NCBI GenBank assembly: GCA_024398515.1
Contig: JAKSIZ010000006.1
Coordinates: 27,631 to 91,630 of the forward strand
Direction: 5' to 3'
DNA: 64,000 bases
From: Bacteroidaceae bacterium
GTDB taxonomy: Bacteria; Bacteroidota; Bacteroidia; Bacteroidales; Bacteroidaceae
How positions within the stretch are numbered: the first letter of the stretch is position 1; the number at the start of each line of letters is the position of its first letter. Made by a program: the position numbers and the translations under genes. The notes beneath the pieces were generated by a model. It saw only the letters and a program-made list of their open reading frames with translations, did not search any database and was not told the DNA's origin. Of this stretch, positions 50,701 through 59,500 are shown piece by piece.

Positions 50701-52528
50701 AGATGTTTATAAGGATGGACAGAATGTACTCTTTGAGAATGCGATACCTGATGAAACTGCCAACGTGAGCATCAACGAGACTGTAACTCCTGGTGCTGTA
50801 GTGGTGAAAGGCGATGGCAACTTCGCTTTCACTGGCACGGGTAGCATTGCAGGCGACACCACTTCAGTGAACAAGGGTGGTAACGGTACGCTTGTACTCA
50901 ATACGCTTAATACGTATCGTGGTGCTACGGTAATGCATGGTGGCACGATAGAGTTCAATTCTCTCAAGAATGGTGGCGAGGCAAGTGCCATCGGAGCAAG
51001 TTCAGAGTTTGCACAAAACTGGATTATGGATGGTGGAACATACCGTTACACTGGCGGCACAACAACCACAAACCGCAGTGCAAAACTCACTAAGGATTCG
51101 CGTCTGAGCATTGCCAAGGGAGCAACAGTAACAATGAGCGGCTCTATTGAAAGCGACACTTGCGACTTCATACTTGCAGGTGAAGGACAGATAAACGTCG
51201 CAAGCACCAACTTCTTTGACTACACTGGTGCGACGGTTCTTGAGGGTAGCACGCTATATCTTACCACTCCAGAACTTGCAAATATAGGCATAGGCAACAG
51301 TTCTCGCCTTGTATTTGCCGGTGGAACATTACGCACTGCTGGCGAAAGTGCCAACTATGAGACCTACGCATTCCCTATTGAAGTGCGCGAGGGCACTACA
51401 TCTTACTTCTCGCCTAACCGAAATTGCTACATCGACAGTAAGGTTTCGGGTAGCGGAACACTGCAAATCAACATCCCATACGTGCGTGAATATATTGAAG
51501 GTGACTGGACTGGTTTCACTGGACGAGTGATTGCCAATGCTGGGGCAAGCGGTAATCTCTTCCTTCTCAACAAGAACAAGAGTATTCCTAATGGCGTTGT
51601 AGTGCTGAAGAATGGTGCCGTATGCGTCGGATGGGACACTAATGGCGTGTATTCTCTCGGTGGTCTTTCGGGCGATACAGGCACAGAACTCCGCGGTTCG
51701 AGCAAACAGACTAACGGCTTTACGGCATCGTGGACTGTGGGAAGTGCAAACACCGACGAGACTTTCAAAGGCATAATCAACGACTACTCTTGCTCAGGAA
51801 GCGGACATACAGGCACTACGAGCATCACGAAGGTCGGTAGTGGCGTATGGCGACTCACTGGTGCAAACCAATATAGTGGCAATACACTGGTGAAAGAGGG
51901 CACACTCGTTGTCAACGGCACACACTCAGGCAAAGGACTTGTTTCGGTTACAAACGGTGCAACACTTGCAGGAAAAGGCACGATTCCAGGCAACACTACT
52001 ATAAGCACAGGCTCAACAGTCTATGCTGGCGACACGTTAATCAATGGCAGCAAACTGACATTTACGGGCAAACTTACGGTGAACAACAGTAATGTGACCA
52101 TACCTGTTTCATATAACGACGGATTTGTTCGCCAAAACAAACTTACCCTCACAGGCGGAGCAACATTTACCAATGCCACGCTCAACATTGAGCTTGCAGA
52201 CGACAGTGAGCCACTTACACCTGGAACATCATTTGACATATTCGTACTCGGCACAACGAAACCGACAGGAACAATCAAGACAATTACTCCAACTGAGTAT
52301 ATCTGGGACACATCAGCACTGTTCACCAACGGCATAATCAAGGTTGCAGGTCTTCGAGGCGATGCAAATGGCGACGGCACGGTTGACGTATCCGACATCA
52401 CCGCTACCGCAGCATATATACTCGGACAAGCATCAGATGAATTCAATGAAGTGAATGCCGATGCCAACCAAGACGGAACTATCGACGTAGCCGACATCAC
52501 CGCCATTGCAAGTATGATATTGAATTAG
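47768..52528 (+). CDS. Multidomain pectate lyase (PL1-like) with FN3, autotransporter-type beta repeats and C-terminal dockerin
   Basis: AFPEAKGWG, VTNLNDSGAGSLR, DHCSFSWGLDE, DSDGDGMPDEWE and GDANGDGTVDVSD motifs. Confidence 0.88.
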   Translation: MKTIRIFRNTVLMTVIMAMWSVIAFAAEGKTIQLPMSETTKIHAGQPDAVLYDASATKWTCTQATVAGGKFNDSQSQYGGSYIVLSKFDVSSLPSDVTVTEVTLDFTSKCTVSGKNSMLEASRIGIGWDAASATWNNTNVASIINAQPTLSGPYVSTSSVKVSIDVTGQLTDLSASLGQVAFAIYTYTAREQEVSDLKLTVKYLEAGYSQTTATLLHTASVQGGSNEAAVYIDQETHYYNNWGTSAWVAQAYAEFDFSNVPDGQKVTGAEFTVFVNCAKGTRTFDINYLDAGTEIDYQNLQLCGVTGTQVATFSDITTSYAAKKADVTDVINTFLNAGKKRIIFIMSNGAAGGNIYGKGSATYAPTLKMVTTGDKTTSYTVRFVDTEGKELKSPVVHEGVIVGHKVSASGNDLAPIDYNGTRYLYSSGNNAIVLSENPSENIITLVFEKGEDRLPAFPEAKGWGRYAEGGRYGKVYHVTNLNDSGAGSLRDAVSSPNRIVVFDVAGVIRITDRMVFSKNLYVAGQTAPGEGITVYGDGVSFSGSDNIIVRYMRFRMGAVGTKDKDCAGIARGTNMIFDHCSFSWGLDETFSINSDGSGEMHSFTLSNCIFGQGLMSHSAGGLMQGDSITLYRNFYCDNNTRNNKVKGRNQYVNNVVYNWNNGAYIMGGDSEGQSYCNIVGNLFINGPAGGGNAFSTGNGNFHCYVNDNIQDSNRDGKLNPSAVTNFAGSDVVASPYPYPALEAWKANTLIDNLIPTVGASLPYRDLADCYMVDELMSFGTEGALIANEKNLFIGAPDTWTMWQGKARTDSDGDGMPDEWETKNGTDPTKDDAMNVSANGYVNIENYINSITADDRDFFLRAPMRLEQTGSSNTTITLRWRDYTYDEDGFAIEVNGKEVARTEANQTTFDVTGLAPDASYNIRIRAFKGNEYSEYSNSGTFRTKPLNTTIMDIDNFNADAQWTKSVETWNVGSTGWAGTDVYKDGQNVLFENAIPDETANVSINETVTPGAVVVKGDGNFAFTGTGSIAGDTTSVNKGGNGTLVLNTLNTYRGATVMHGGTIEFNSLKNGGEASAIGASSEFAQNWIMDGGTYRYTGGTTTTNRSAKLTKDSRLSIAKGATVTMSGSIESDTCDFILAGEGQINVASTNFFDYTGATVLEGSTLYLTTPELANIGIGNSSRLVFAGGTLRTAGESANYETYAFPIEVREGTTSYFSPNRNCYIDSKVSGSGTLQINIPYVREYIEGDWTGFTGRVIANAGASGNLFLLNKNKSIPNGVVVLKNGAVCVGWDTNGVYSLGGLSGDTGTELRGSSKQTNGFTASWTVGSANTDETFKGIINDYSCSGSGHTGTTSITKVGSGVWRLTGANQYSGNTLVKEGTLVVNGTHSGKGLVSVTNGATLAGKGTIPGNTTISTGSTVYAGDTLINGSKLTFTGKLTVNNSNVTIPVSYNDGFVRQNKLTLTGGATFTNATLNIELADDSEPLTPGTSFDIFVLGTTKPTGTIKTITPTEYIWDTSALFTNGIIKVAGLRGDANGDGTVDVSDITATAAYILGQASDEFNEVNADANQDGTIDVADITAIASMILN

Positions 52529-52548
52529 TCCTCGCGAATATACTTTCT

Positions 52549-53424
52549 TCAAAACTTTGTTAGTTGCGAGAACAGTTGTTCGATTGTTACTTTCTGGTAT
52601 TTGTCGGAAAGTTTGGTGCGATAGCCCCAGTCGCTGTTGTTGTCTGGATTGCTGATTTCGATGTTTGCTTTGAGATTGAGCTCTGGGGTAGCAATGCTGA
52701 TAGCCTGTGTCATAGGGAATTGTTTGCGCGAGAATGTCGCAAAGTTTGAGTAGTTCCACGTGATGTGTGCCTTCTCCTTGCCGTCGGCATAACTGACTGC
52801 TGCCGATGTAATCTTCGACTTCTGCTGTCCGGCTTGCCACTTGAACGTTGTGGCTTTCATCAAGGCTGTCTTTGGCTTGGCTTCGTCAGCAAGTGTGATT
52901 GCTGCATTGTTGCCTTGGCGATTGACGGTAAAAAACTGCAAATCGGATTCGCCAATCGACTGTTTGCCTGGGCAGAAGAGTTCGTTCCAGAACAATGATT
53001 GCATTGCGTAGTAGTTCAGCCCATTATCCTTGAGGAAATCAAAGTCTTCATATTTCTCTTTTACATAGCATTTGTGCAGACGGTCGATGAGTAAAGCATA
53101 CTCAGGCGTCAGTTCAATTCTTGCGGCTTCAATGAATCCGAGTGCCGTGAGGCTTATCTGAATCACGTCGTCGCGGTGCATCTTCAGGTTGCCACTAAGC
53201 GTAATGCCTTGTCCGTTCATGCTTGCTGAAAACTTAACCTTTGACGTAAAAAACTGTGCATACTGGTAGTTGTCGGTCACTTTTCGTAGGAAGTTTATGT
53301 CTTCTTCGTTCGTTGCAGATGCCACAATTGTGCTATTGCTGCTCACTGCATTACGTGTACTCTTGCAGCCGGTCAACGTGTAAATCGCTGCGATTGCCGT
53401 AATAAAAGTTAGTATTTTTCTCAT
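52549..53424 (-). CDS. DUF4292 lipoprotein
   Basis: Lipobox LTGC; dut-TPR-DUF4292 synteny. Confidence 0.8.
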   Translation of the reverse strand: MRKILTFITAIAAIYTLTGCKSTRNAVSSNSTIVASATNEEDINFLRKVTDNYQYAQFFTSKVKFSASMNGQGITLSGNLKMHRDDVIQISLTALGFIEAARIELTPEYALLIDRLHKCYVKEKYEDFDFLKDNGLNYYAMQSLFWNELFCPGKQSIGESDLQFFTVNRQGNNAAITLADEAKPKTALMKATTFKWQAGQQKSKITSAAVSYADGKEKAHITWNYSNFATFSRKQFPMTQAISIATPELNLKANIEISNPDNNSDWGYRTKLSDKYQKVTIEQLFSQLTKF

Positions 53425-55148
53425 TTCTTCTTCCGGTATTTCCTTATTTTCTTTTGCAGAATCTTGTCGTCAGGCGTTAGTTTCAACGCTTGCGACCAGT
53501 ATTCTATAGCCTTTTCCCTATCATTATTATAATAATATATGTCGCCGGCGTGCGTATAGATTTCCGTATTCACGGCAGTTGAGTCCATGAATTCAAGCGC
53601 CTTATCTATGTAAATCTTCGCCTCGGTGTATCGTTCTGTCTTAAATAGAATCCATGCGTAAGTGTCGAGATACGTTGCATTCTCCTTTTCTTTCTTTATT
53701 GTCTTATAGCTCATTTGCTCAGCCTTATCGAGTTCCTTGCCCTCAATGCTCAGATAATAGGCGTAATTGTTGAGGCATCCTATGTTGTCTTCTTGCCATT
53801 GCAGGCACGAGTCGTAGGCACAATATGCCTCGCGCTTCATTCCTTCTTGGTAATAAAGGTCGCCAAGGATGGCGTAGAAGTCGGCTACGATAGCTGGACT
53901 GCTGTCTTCGTTTATGGTGCTTATGCCGCGTTGGAATATGTCGATAGATGCTTTGCGGTCTTCCTTTTGCATGTTTGCAATCCCTTCATAATAGTAAAAG
54001 GCAAGTTCCTCGGGGTGATATTGTCGTGCCGGACGGCTTAATGCAATGACGCGGTCAAAGTCTTTTTCGTCCCAGGCATACGATATAAGTTTCACAGCTG
54101 CGTCAATGTTATCGGGTTCAAGTGCGAGTGCTTGCTCGAAAACGGGCGTTATGGAATCCTTGTCCATGCTTATTGATTCGAGATAATGACCATAGACGAG
54201 TGTCAGATAGGCATTATCCTGAGGTTTTGACAGCACTGTCTTGAACAGGTTTATTATCTCTGTGCTGTCCTTGTTCTGGCGTTTGTTTTCGCCGATTGCC
54301 CATCCTATGAGCTGTAGTTTGCCTTCGTTCTGCACCGAAGTGTTCGAAAGAAGTTGCTCCATTGCCACGTATGAACTGTCAAGTTGTTCCTTTGCGAGGT
54401 AGTACCTGTACATTGAAGTCTGCGCACTTACATTGTCTGGTTCCTGTGCAAGCACGTCTTTATATGTGGCATAAGCCTCGTCAGTGCGGTCATGTTGCAG
54501 GTAATAATCGCCGAGCAGCACCTTATAGTCGAGGTCGTTGAAGTATTTGTTTGCAAGCGATTGCAGTTCGTCGAGTGCTTCTTTGTCCTTTTTCTGTTCG
54601 AGGTATATGCGGTATTTCATCATCGAAAGACGCTCACTCTTGCCCTCAAGCACCTCAAGTTTCTCAAGAGCCCAAATCATCTTGTCGTAGTTTTCAGTCT
54701 GTCCGCCGAGTTGGATGAGGCGTTCGAGCACGTCGCCACGCTCATGATCATTCTCATATATACGCTCATAAGCGGCAATGGCCTTGTCATATTCCTTCTC
54801 TTGTATGCAGAATTCTGCCACCATTTCAAGGTAATAATCGTTCTTCGGAGCAAGTTGCGATGCGAGTTCCATCTCTTTTCGTGCTTCGTCAAGCCTTTTC
54901 AGATTGAACAGAAGCATTGACATCTTATAGTGAACATCGGCATTGTCGGGCTTGAGGCGACGGCATTGGTCGAACAAGTCGAATGCTTCAGCAGCATTTC
55001 CCTTCTGCTGTTGCGACACGCCTTCAAGGAAAAGATACTGGAACTTGTCCTCTTCCGTCTCGGCACGAAGCCCCCCTCTGTCCCCCCAAAGAGGGAAGAA
55101 AAGAAAGAATATATTGAAAATCGTAAATATATAAATAAATCTGCACAT
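53421..55148 (-). CDS. Tetratricopeptide repeat protein
   Basis: Multiple TPRs; LNNYAYYL and YLDTYAWIL motifs. Confidence 0.9.
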   Translation of the reverse strand: MCRFIYIFTIFNIFFLFFPLWGDRGGLRAETEEDKFQYLFLEGVSQQQKGNAAEAFDLFDQCRRLKPDNADVHYKMSMLLFNLKRLDEARKEMELASQLAPKNDYYLEMVAEFCIQEKEYDKAIAAYERIYENDHERGDVLERLIQLGGQTENYDKMIWALEKLEVLEGKSERLSMMKYRIYLEQKKDKEALDELQSLANKYFNDLDYKVLLGDYYLQHDRTDEAYATYKDVLAQEPDNVSAQTSMYRYYLAKEQLDSSYVAMEQLLSNTSVQNEGKLQLIGWAIGENKRQNKDSTEIINLFKTVLSKPQDNAYLTLVYGHYLESISMDKDSITPVFEQALALEPDNIDAAVKLISYAWDEKDFDRVIALSRPARQYHPEELAFYYYEGIANMQKEDRKASIDIFQRGISTINEDSSPAIVADFYAILGDLYYQEGMKREAYCAYDSCLQWQEDNIGCLNNYAYYLSIEGKELDKAEQMSYKTIKKEKENATYLDTYAWILFKTERYTEAKIYIDKALEFMDSTAVNTEIYTHAGDIYYYNNDREKAIEYWSQALKLTPDDKILQKKIRKYRKKK

Positions 55149-55173
55149 CCGTAAAATCCGTAATTTTGTAAAT
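55068..55173 (+). repeat. GC-rich repeat plus GTAAAT tract overlapping the TPR signal peptide
   Basis: AAGCCCCCCTCTGTCCCCCCAAAGAGGG followed by ATCGTAAAT/CCGTAAAAT/TTGTAAAT. Confidence 0.6.
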
Positions 55174-55607
55174 CACACTCCCGTATGTCCGAATCCGCCT
55201 TCGCCTCGTTCGGTCTCGTTCAGCACCTCTACCGGCACGAACTGTGCCTGTTCGTAGCGTGCTATCACCATCTGGGCTATGCGCTCTCCGTCTTCTACTA
55301 TGAAGTCCTCATTGCTGAGGTTGACCAGTATCACGCCAATCTCGCCGCGATAGTCGGCATCGATAGTGCCAGGGGCATTGACCAGCGAGATGCCTTTCTT
55401 TATTGCCAACCCACTGCGAGGGCGTATCTGTGCCTCGTATCCATCGGGCAGTGCAATGAAAAGTCCCGTAGGAATCAGTGCACGTTCCAGTGGTCGCAGC
55501 GTCACTGGTGCATCGAGGTTCGCACGAAGGTCCATGCCTGCGCTTTGTGGCGTGGCATACTGTGGCAAGTCGTGACGACTTTTGTTTATGATTTCAATCT
55601 TTACCAT
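55173..55607 (-). CDS. dut: dUTP diphosphatase (start MVKIEII)
   Basis: [19 protein letters not shown] and [10 protein letters not shown] motifs. Confidence 0.96.
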   Translation of the reverse strand: MVKIEIINKSRHDLPQYATPQSAGMDLRANLDAPVTLRPLERALIPTGLFIALPDGYEAQIRPRSGLAIKKGISLVNAPGTIDADYRGEIGVILVNLSNEDFIVEDGERIAQMVIARYEQAQFVPVEVLNETERGEGGFGHTGV

Positions 55608-55724
55608 ACGTTTTTTTATTGATTTCGTTGTTTTACATGACAAAGGTAATGCAATTTGCACACACGGCAAAAAATAGAATTTATTTTTACGTTTTTTTTG
55701 CAATAAGGCCTTTAGTTCTTCGAT

Positions 55725-55908
55725 GCGACGCTTATCATTTCACGACTCGACGTTAATACTTTCTCAAAACGACCTTTATACTCCGCCAAACATTGCACCA
55801 ATGTTGGAGTCAACATTGCAGCAATGTTCGGACCAACATTGCAGCAATGTTTTTCCGAGTTAAGCGTTCAATCCGAGAACCCCAACCGCAAGTCCCAAGC
55901 AACGCATA
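55725..55908. repeat. Triple-palindrome intergenic element, copy 4
   Basis: 3x AACATTGCA(C/G)CAATGTT at 23-bp period; ends CCGAGTTAAGCGTTCAATCCGAGA. Confidence 0.85.
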
Positions 55909-56087
55909 CGCTCGTAACTCCACTCGTATTCATGAACGCCAAAAGAAGAAAAACTTAATAAGGATGCTACTTTCGCTTCAATAATTGACCTTATCTTATG
56001 AACTTGTTGAATACCAAAATTTTGGGCAGTATAGCCTAACACCATTTCGTACGATTGGAGGGCGTCTTCGGTCCATTCTATTTTCAT
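55860..56087 (-). pseudogene. ParE/RelE-type toxin, C-terminally truncated
   Basis: MKIEWTEDALQSY N-terminus; the last codons and the stop come from the repeat element. Confidence 0.6.
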
Positions 56088-56278
56088 AGAGCGCCCCATG
56101 TTGCATCAAGCCTGTTCTTGACCTCTTCCATAGATAGTGTCGTTCCTTGCTTATATTGGTCGTAGCTATGAGTTACGAACTTGTCAAGACTATCGTTATA
56201 GTTTAGTGCAACAGCAGCTTCGCTGGCAACAGTAGGCTCAAGTTCCTGATATTCGTATGGTTTGTCGGAGTGTTTCAT
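56084..56278 (-). CDS. Cognate antitoxin
   Basis: 64 aa with VASEAAVA and QYKQGTTLSMEEV motifs; ATGA-coupled to the toxin. Confidence 0.65.
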   Translation of the reverse strand: MKHSDKPYEYQELEPTVASEAAVALNYNDSLDKFVTHSYDQYKQGTTLSMEEVKNRLDATWGAL

Positions 56279-56504
56279 AATCTCACTATTTATTTCTGGC
56301 TTATGTCTTCTGGACTATAGCATTTGACTGTAAACTATCTTTTTGCAAAAGTACAATATTTCTTTTTAACGCACAAATAAATGAAGAAATTTCTTCTATT
56401 TCATCCATCCAAATAATTAAAAAAACAAAAAATTTGTTGCAATGATAGGATTTTATATGTACTTTTGCGTCATAAGAATAAATTAGGAATATAATTTGAA
56501 CGAT

Positions 56505-59500
56505 ATGAAACGAATACTTTTTATTATGGTAATGATACTTCAAGGCGCTTGGATGTCGGCACAGACATACAGTTCGATGTGGAAACAAGTGGAGGATTTC
56601 GGCGATAAAGACCTTCCGCAAAGTCAGATAGAAGTGCTTCAGAAACTGAAACAAAAGGCTGAAAAAGAAAAATCATACGGCAATCTGCTGAAAGCCGAAC
56701 TGATGGAAATGAAGCTGAAGACGGAGATTAGTCAGGATTCTTTGCGCCCTGCAATCGAACGCATAGCCGCAAAAGAACGAAATATAAAGGACGAAGCACT
56801 CGATGCAGTATATTGTGCGGCACTCTACAAGACACTGTGCTTCGTGAAAGATAATAGTAATGAAGCTGATTACAAGAGCCTTGGACTTACTCCTGAATAC
56901 TATCGTCAGCGTGCTCTTGCGCATCCCGAAGTATTGGCAAAGGCTCGATGCACCGACTATGAACCGTTCATCAGCAAGGGAACAGTGGCTAAGTATTTCA
57001 ACTTTGACCTTCTCAGTGTGATAGGATTTGAGTTGAATGACTATGCGACATTGAACTTTTACTACGACAAGGTGGGCAATCGCGAGGCTGCTTTGCTCAC
57101 AATCCTCGAATTGGCACGCAAGGAAAACTCCGAAGCACAGCAAGGAATCGTCTTCGTTCAGCCGAGGTATGAAGGTTCACGATATAAGATTTTGCTCGAT
57201 TCCATCGAGAAAAAATACGAAGATTTGCCTTTGTGCGGACAGGTTGCACGCGACAGGTTGAACTACATGGATGGCTGTAGCGACGTGAAAGTAGCGGATG
57301 AAATGAAGGTTATTGACGACGCTTTGGCACGTTGGAGCACTTACGAACAGATAAACGAACTGAAGAATGCACGCATGGAACGCATCAATCCAAGGTTCAC
57401 TGTGGTTCTCAATAAACCGGTAAATGTGCCGATGAAACCGATAAAAATTGAGCTTACGAACCTTCGAAACATTCAAAAACTCACGATAAAGTTGTCGAAG
57501 ACCAACCTTACAGGCGAGGATGTGACCGAAAGTATCAATGATGCGCAATATGCAAAACTGAAAAAACGGGTGGTTTCTCTTGCCTTCACAACGACAAAAG
57601 AGTTTGCCGCGCACGAAGAATACGAGTCGTTCAAGGACAGCATTGAGGTTGATGGACTTGCTCCAGGCGTATATCTCGCCGAGTTCAATGCCCCGAAATG
57701 CGCAGCGAAATATGCCCTGATTAACGTCACTGGCGTTTATGCCGTGCAACTTGGACAGCCGGATAAGGCATTGAGGATTGTCGTTCTCAATTCTGTAACG
57801 GGACAGCCTATCCCAGGTGCAAGGCTGAAACTGACCTACGGCTATGGTAAAAGCGCAACGACAAAAGAGGTGATAACCGACAAAAATGCCGAATTCATCG
57901 AGAAAAAAAGCGATAAGAGCCTGTCGAAAATATATGCATTTACCGATAAGGATAAGTTCGCCACACCTCTTTATGCATCGCAAAATTACTATTTCAGCGG
58001 CTCAAAACCGAAGGCTACAACGACCAATATCTTTACCGATCGCGCTATTTATCGCCCAGGACAAACGGTGAAAGTGTCAACGCTGACGTTCATCCGTGAG
58101 GCAGATAATACAGAAGTTGTGGCTGGAAAGGCATTGAAGGTGACACTGAAAGATGCCAACTGGAAGATAATAAGCACAAAGGAAGTGACATCTGACGAGT
58201 TTGGAACGGCTACAACTGAGTTCGTTTTGCCAAAGGATGCGCTTAACGGAAGGTTTACTTTAAGTGCAGGCAATGCCTCGATTTTTGTTAGCGTGGAGGA
58301 GTATAAGCGTCCTACGTTTGAAATCATATTCCCAGAATTGACGCAGAAATACAAGGCAAACGACGTTGTGACCATTGAACCACAGGTAAAAACATTTGCA
58401 GGGGCACCTGTGCAAGGGGCTAAAATTGAGTACGAGATTGTTCGCCGACAGGCTCGTTGGTGGTGGTTTGCAAATGGGAATGATGATGTTTTGAAAAGTG
58501 AAACTGCTGTAACCGATGGCGATGGAAAGTGTAAAATCGACATGAAACTGGAACTTCCGGAGGGTGCAGTGCGATATTTCTACAACTTTGAATTGAAGGT
58601 TAAGGCAACAAGTCTTAACGGCGAAACCCACGAAGGCACTCATGTTGTGCCACTCGGCTACAAGGATGCGGTGCTTTCGTGTAGCCTGCCAACAAAGATT
58701 GAGCAAGGCTCGCTGTCAACAGTGACGTTCAATCTGACTAATGCAGCGGGCAAAAGTGTCGATGAAACCGTTGTTTTTTGCTTTGATGACGGTGCGAAGA
58801 CAACATGCAAGACGGGCGAAAAGGTTGACATAAAGTCACGGCTTTCAATAGGTCAGCACACGCTTACGGCAATCAGTGATGGCGACACGCTGAAACAAAC
58901 CGTTGTAGTGTTCTCGGAAAACGATACAAAACCATGCATCGAGACAAAGGATTGGTTCTGGCAAAGCAGCGATCAGTTCAGCGATAAGGGTAAAACGACC
59001 GTACAAGTAGGTTCAAGCGATAAGGATCTTCATATCCTTTACGCAATTTTTGCAAAGGGGAAAGTGTTAGAACAAGGAAGTGTTGACAAGGATGCAACAC
59101 TCATAAACCGTAAGTTTAACTATAAGGAAGAATACGGTGATGGTTTGTATTTAGCATTTTTGTGGGTAAAAGATGGAAAGATTTATTCACATTATGCAGA
59201 AATCAAGAAGCCACTTCCTGACAAGAATCTGTCGATGAAATGGGAAGTTTTCCGTGATCGTCTCACTCCTGGACAGAAGGAAGAATGGAAACTGAAGGTC
59301 AGCCGAACCGACGGAAAGGTTGATGCCGTTCAACTCATGGCAACGATGTACGACAAGAGCCTTGACCAGTTGACTCCGCATAAATGGAGTCTTGGACTTG
59401 GCATACAGAGAAACTTGCCAAGTGCAATGTGGGTTTTCACCTCTCCACGCAATTATTCCTATTATTCAAGTGCGCAATATGCGTCGTTGAATGTTGACGA

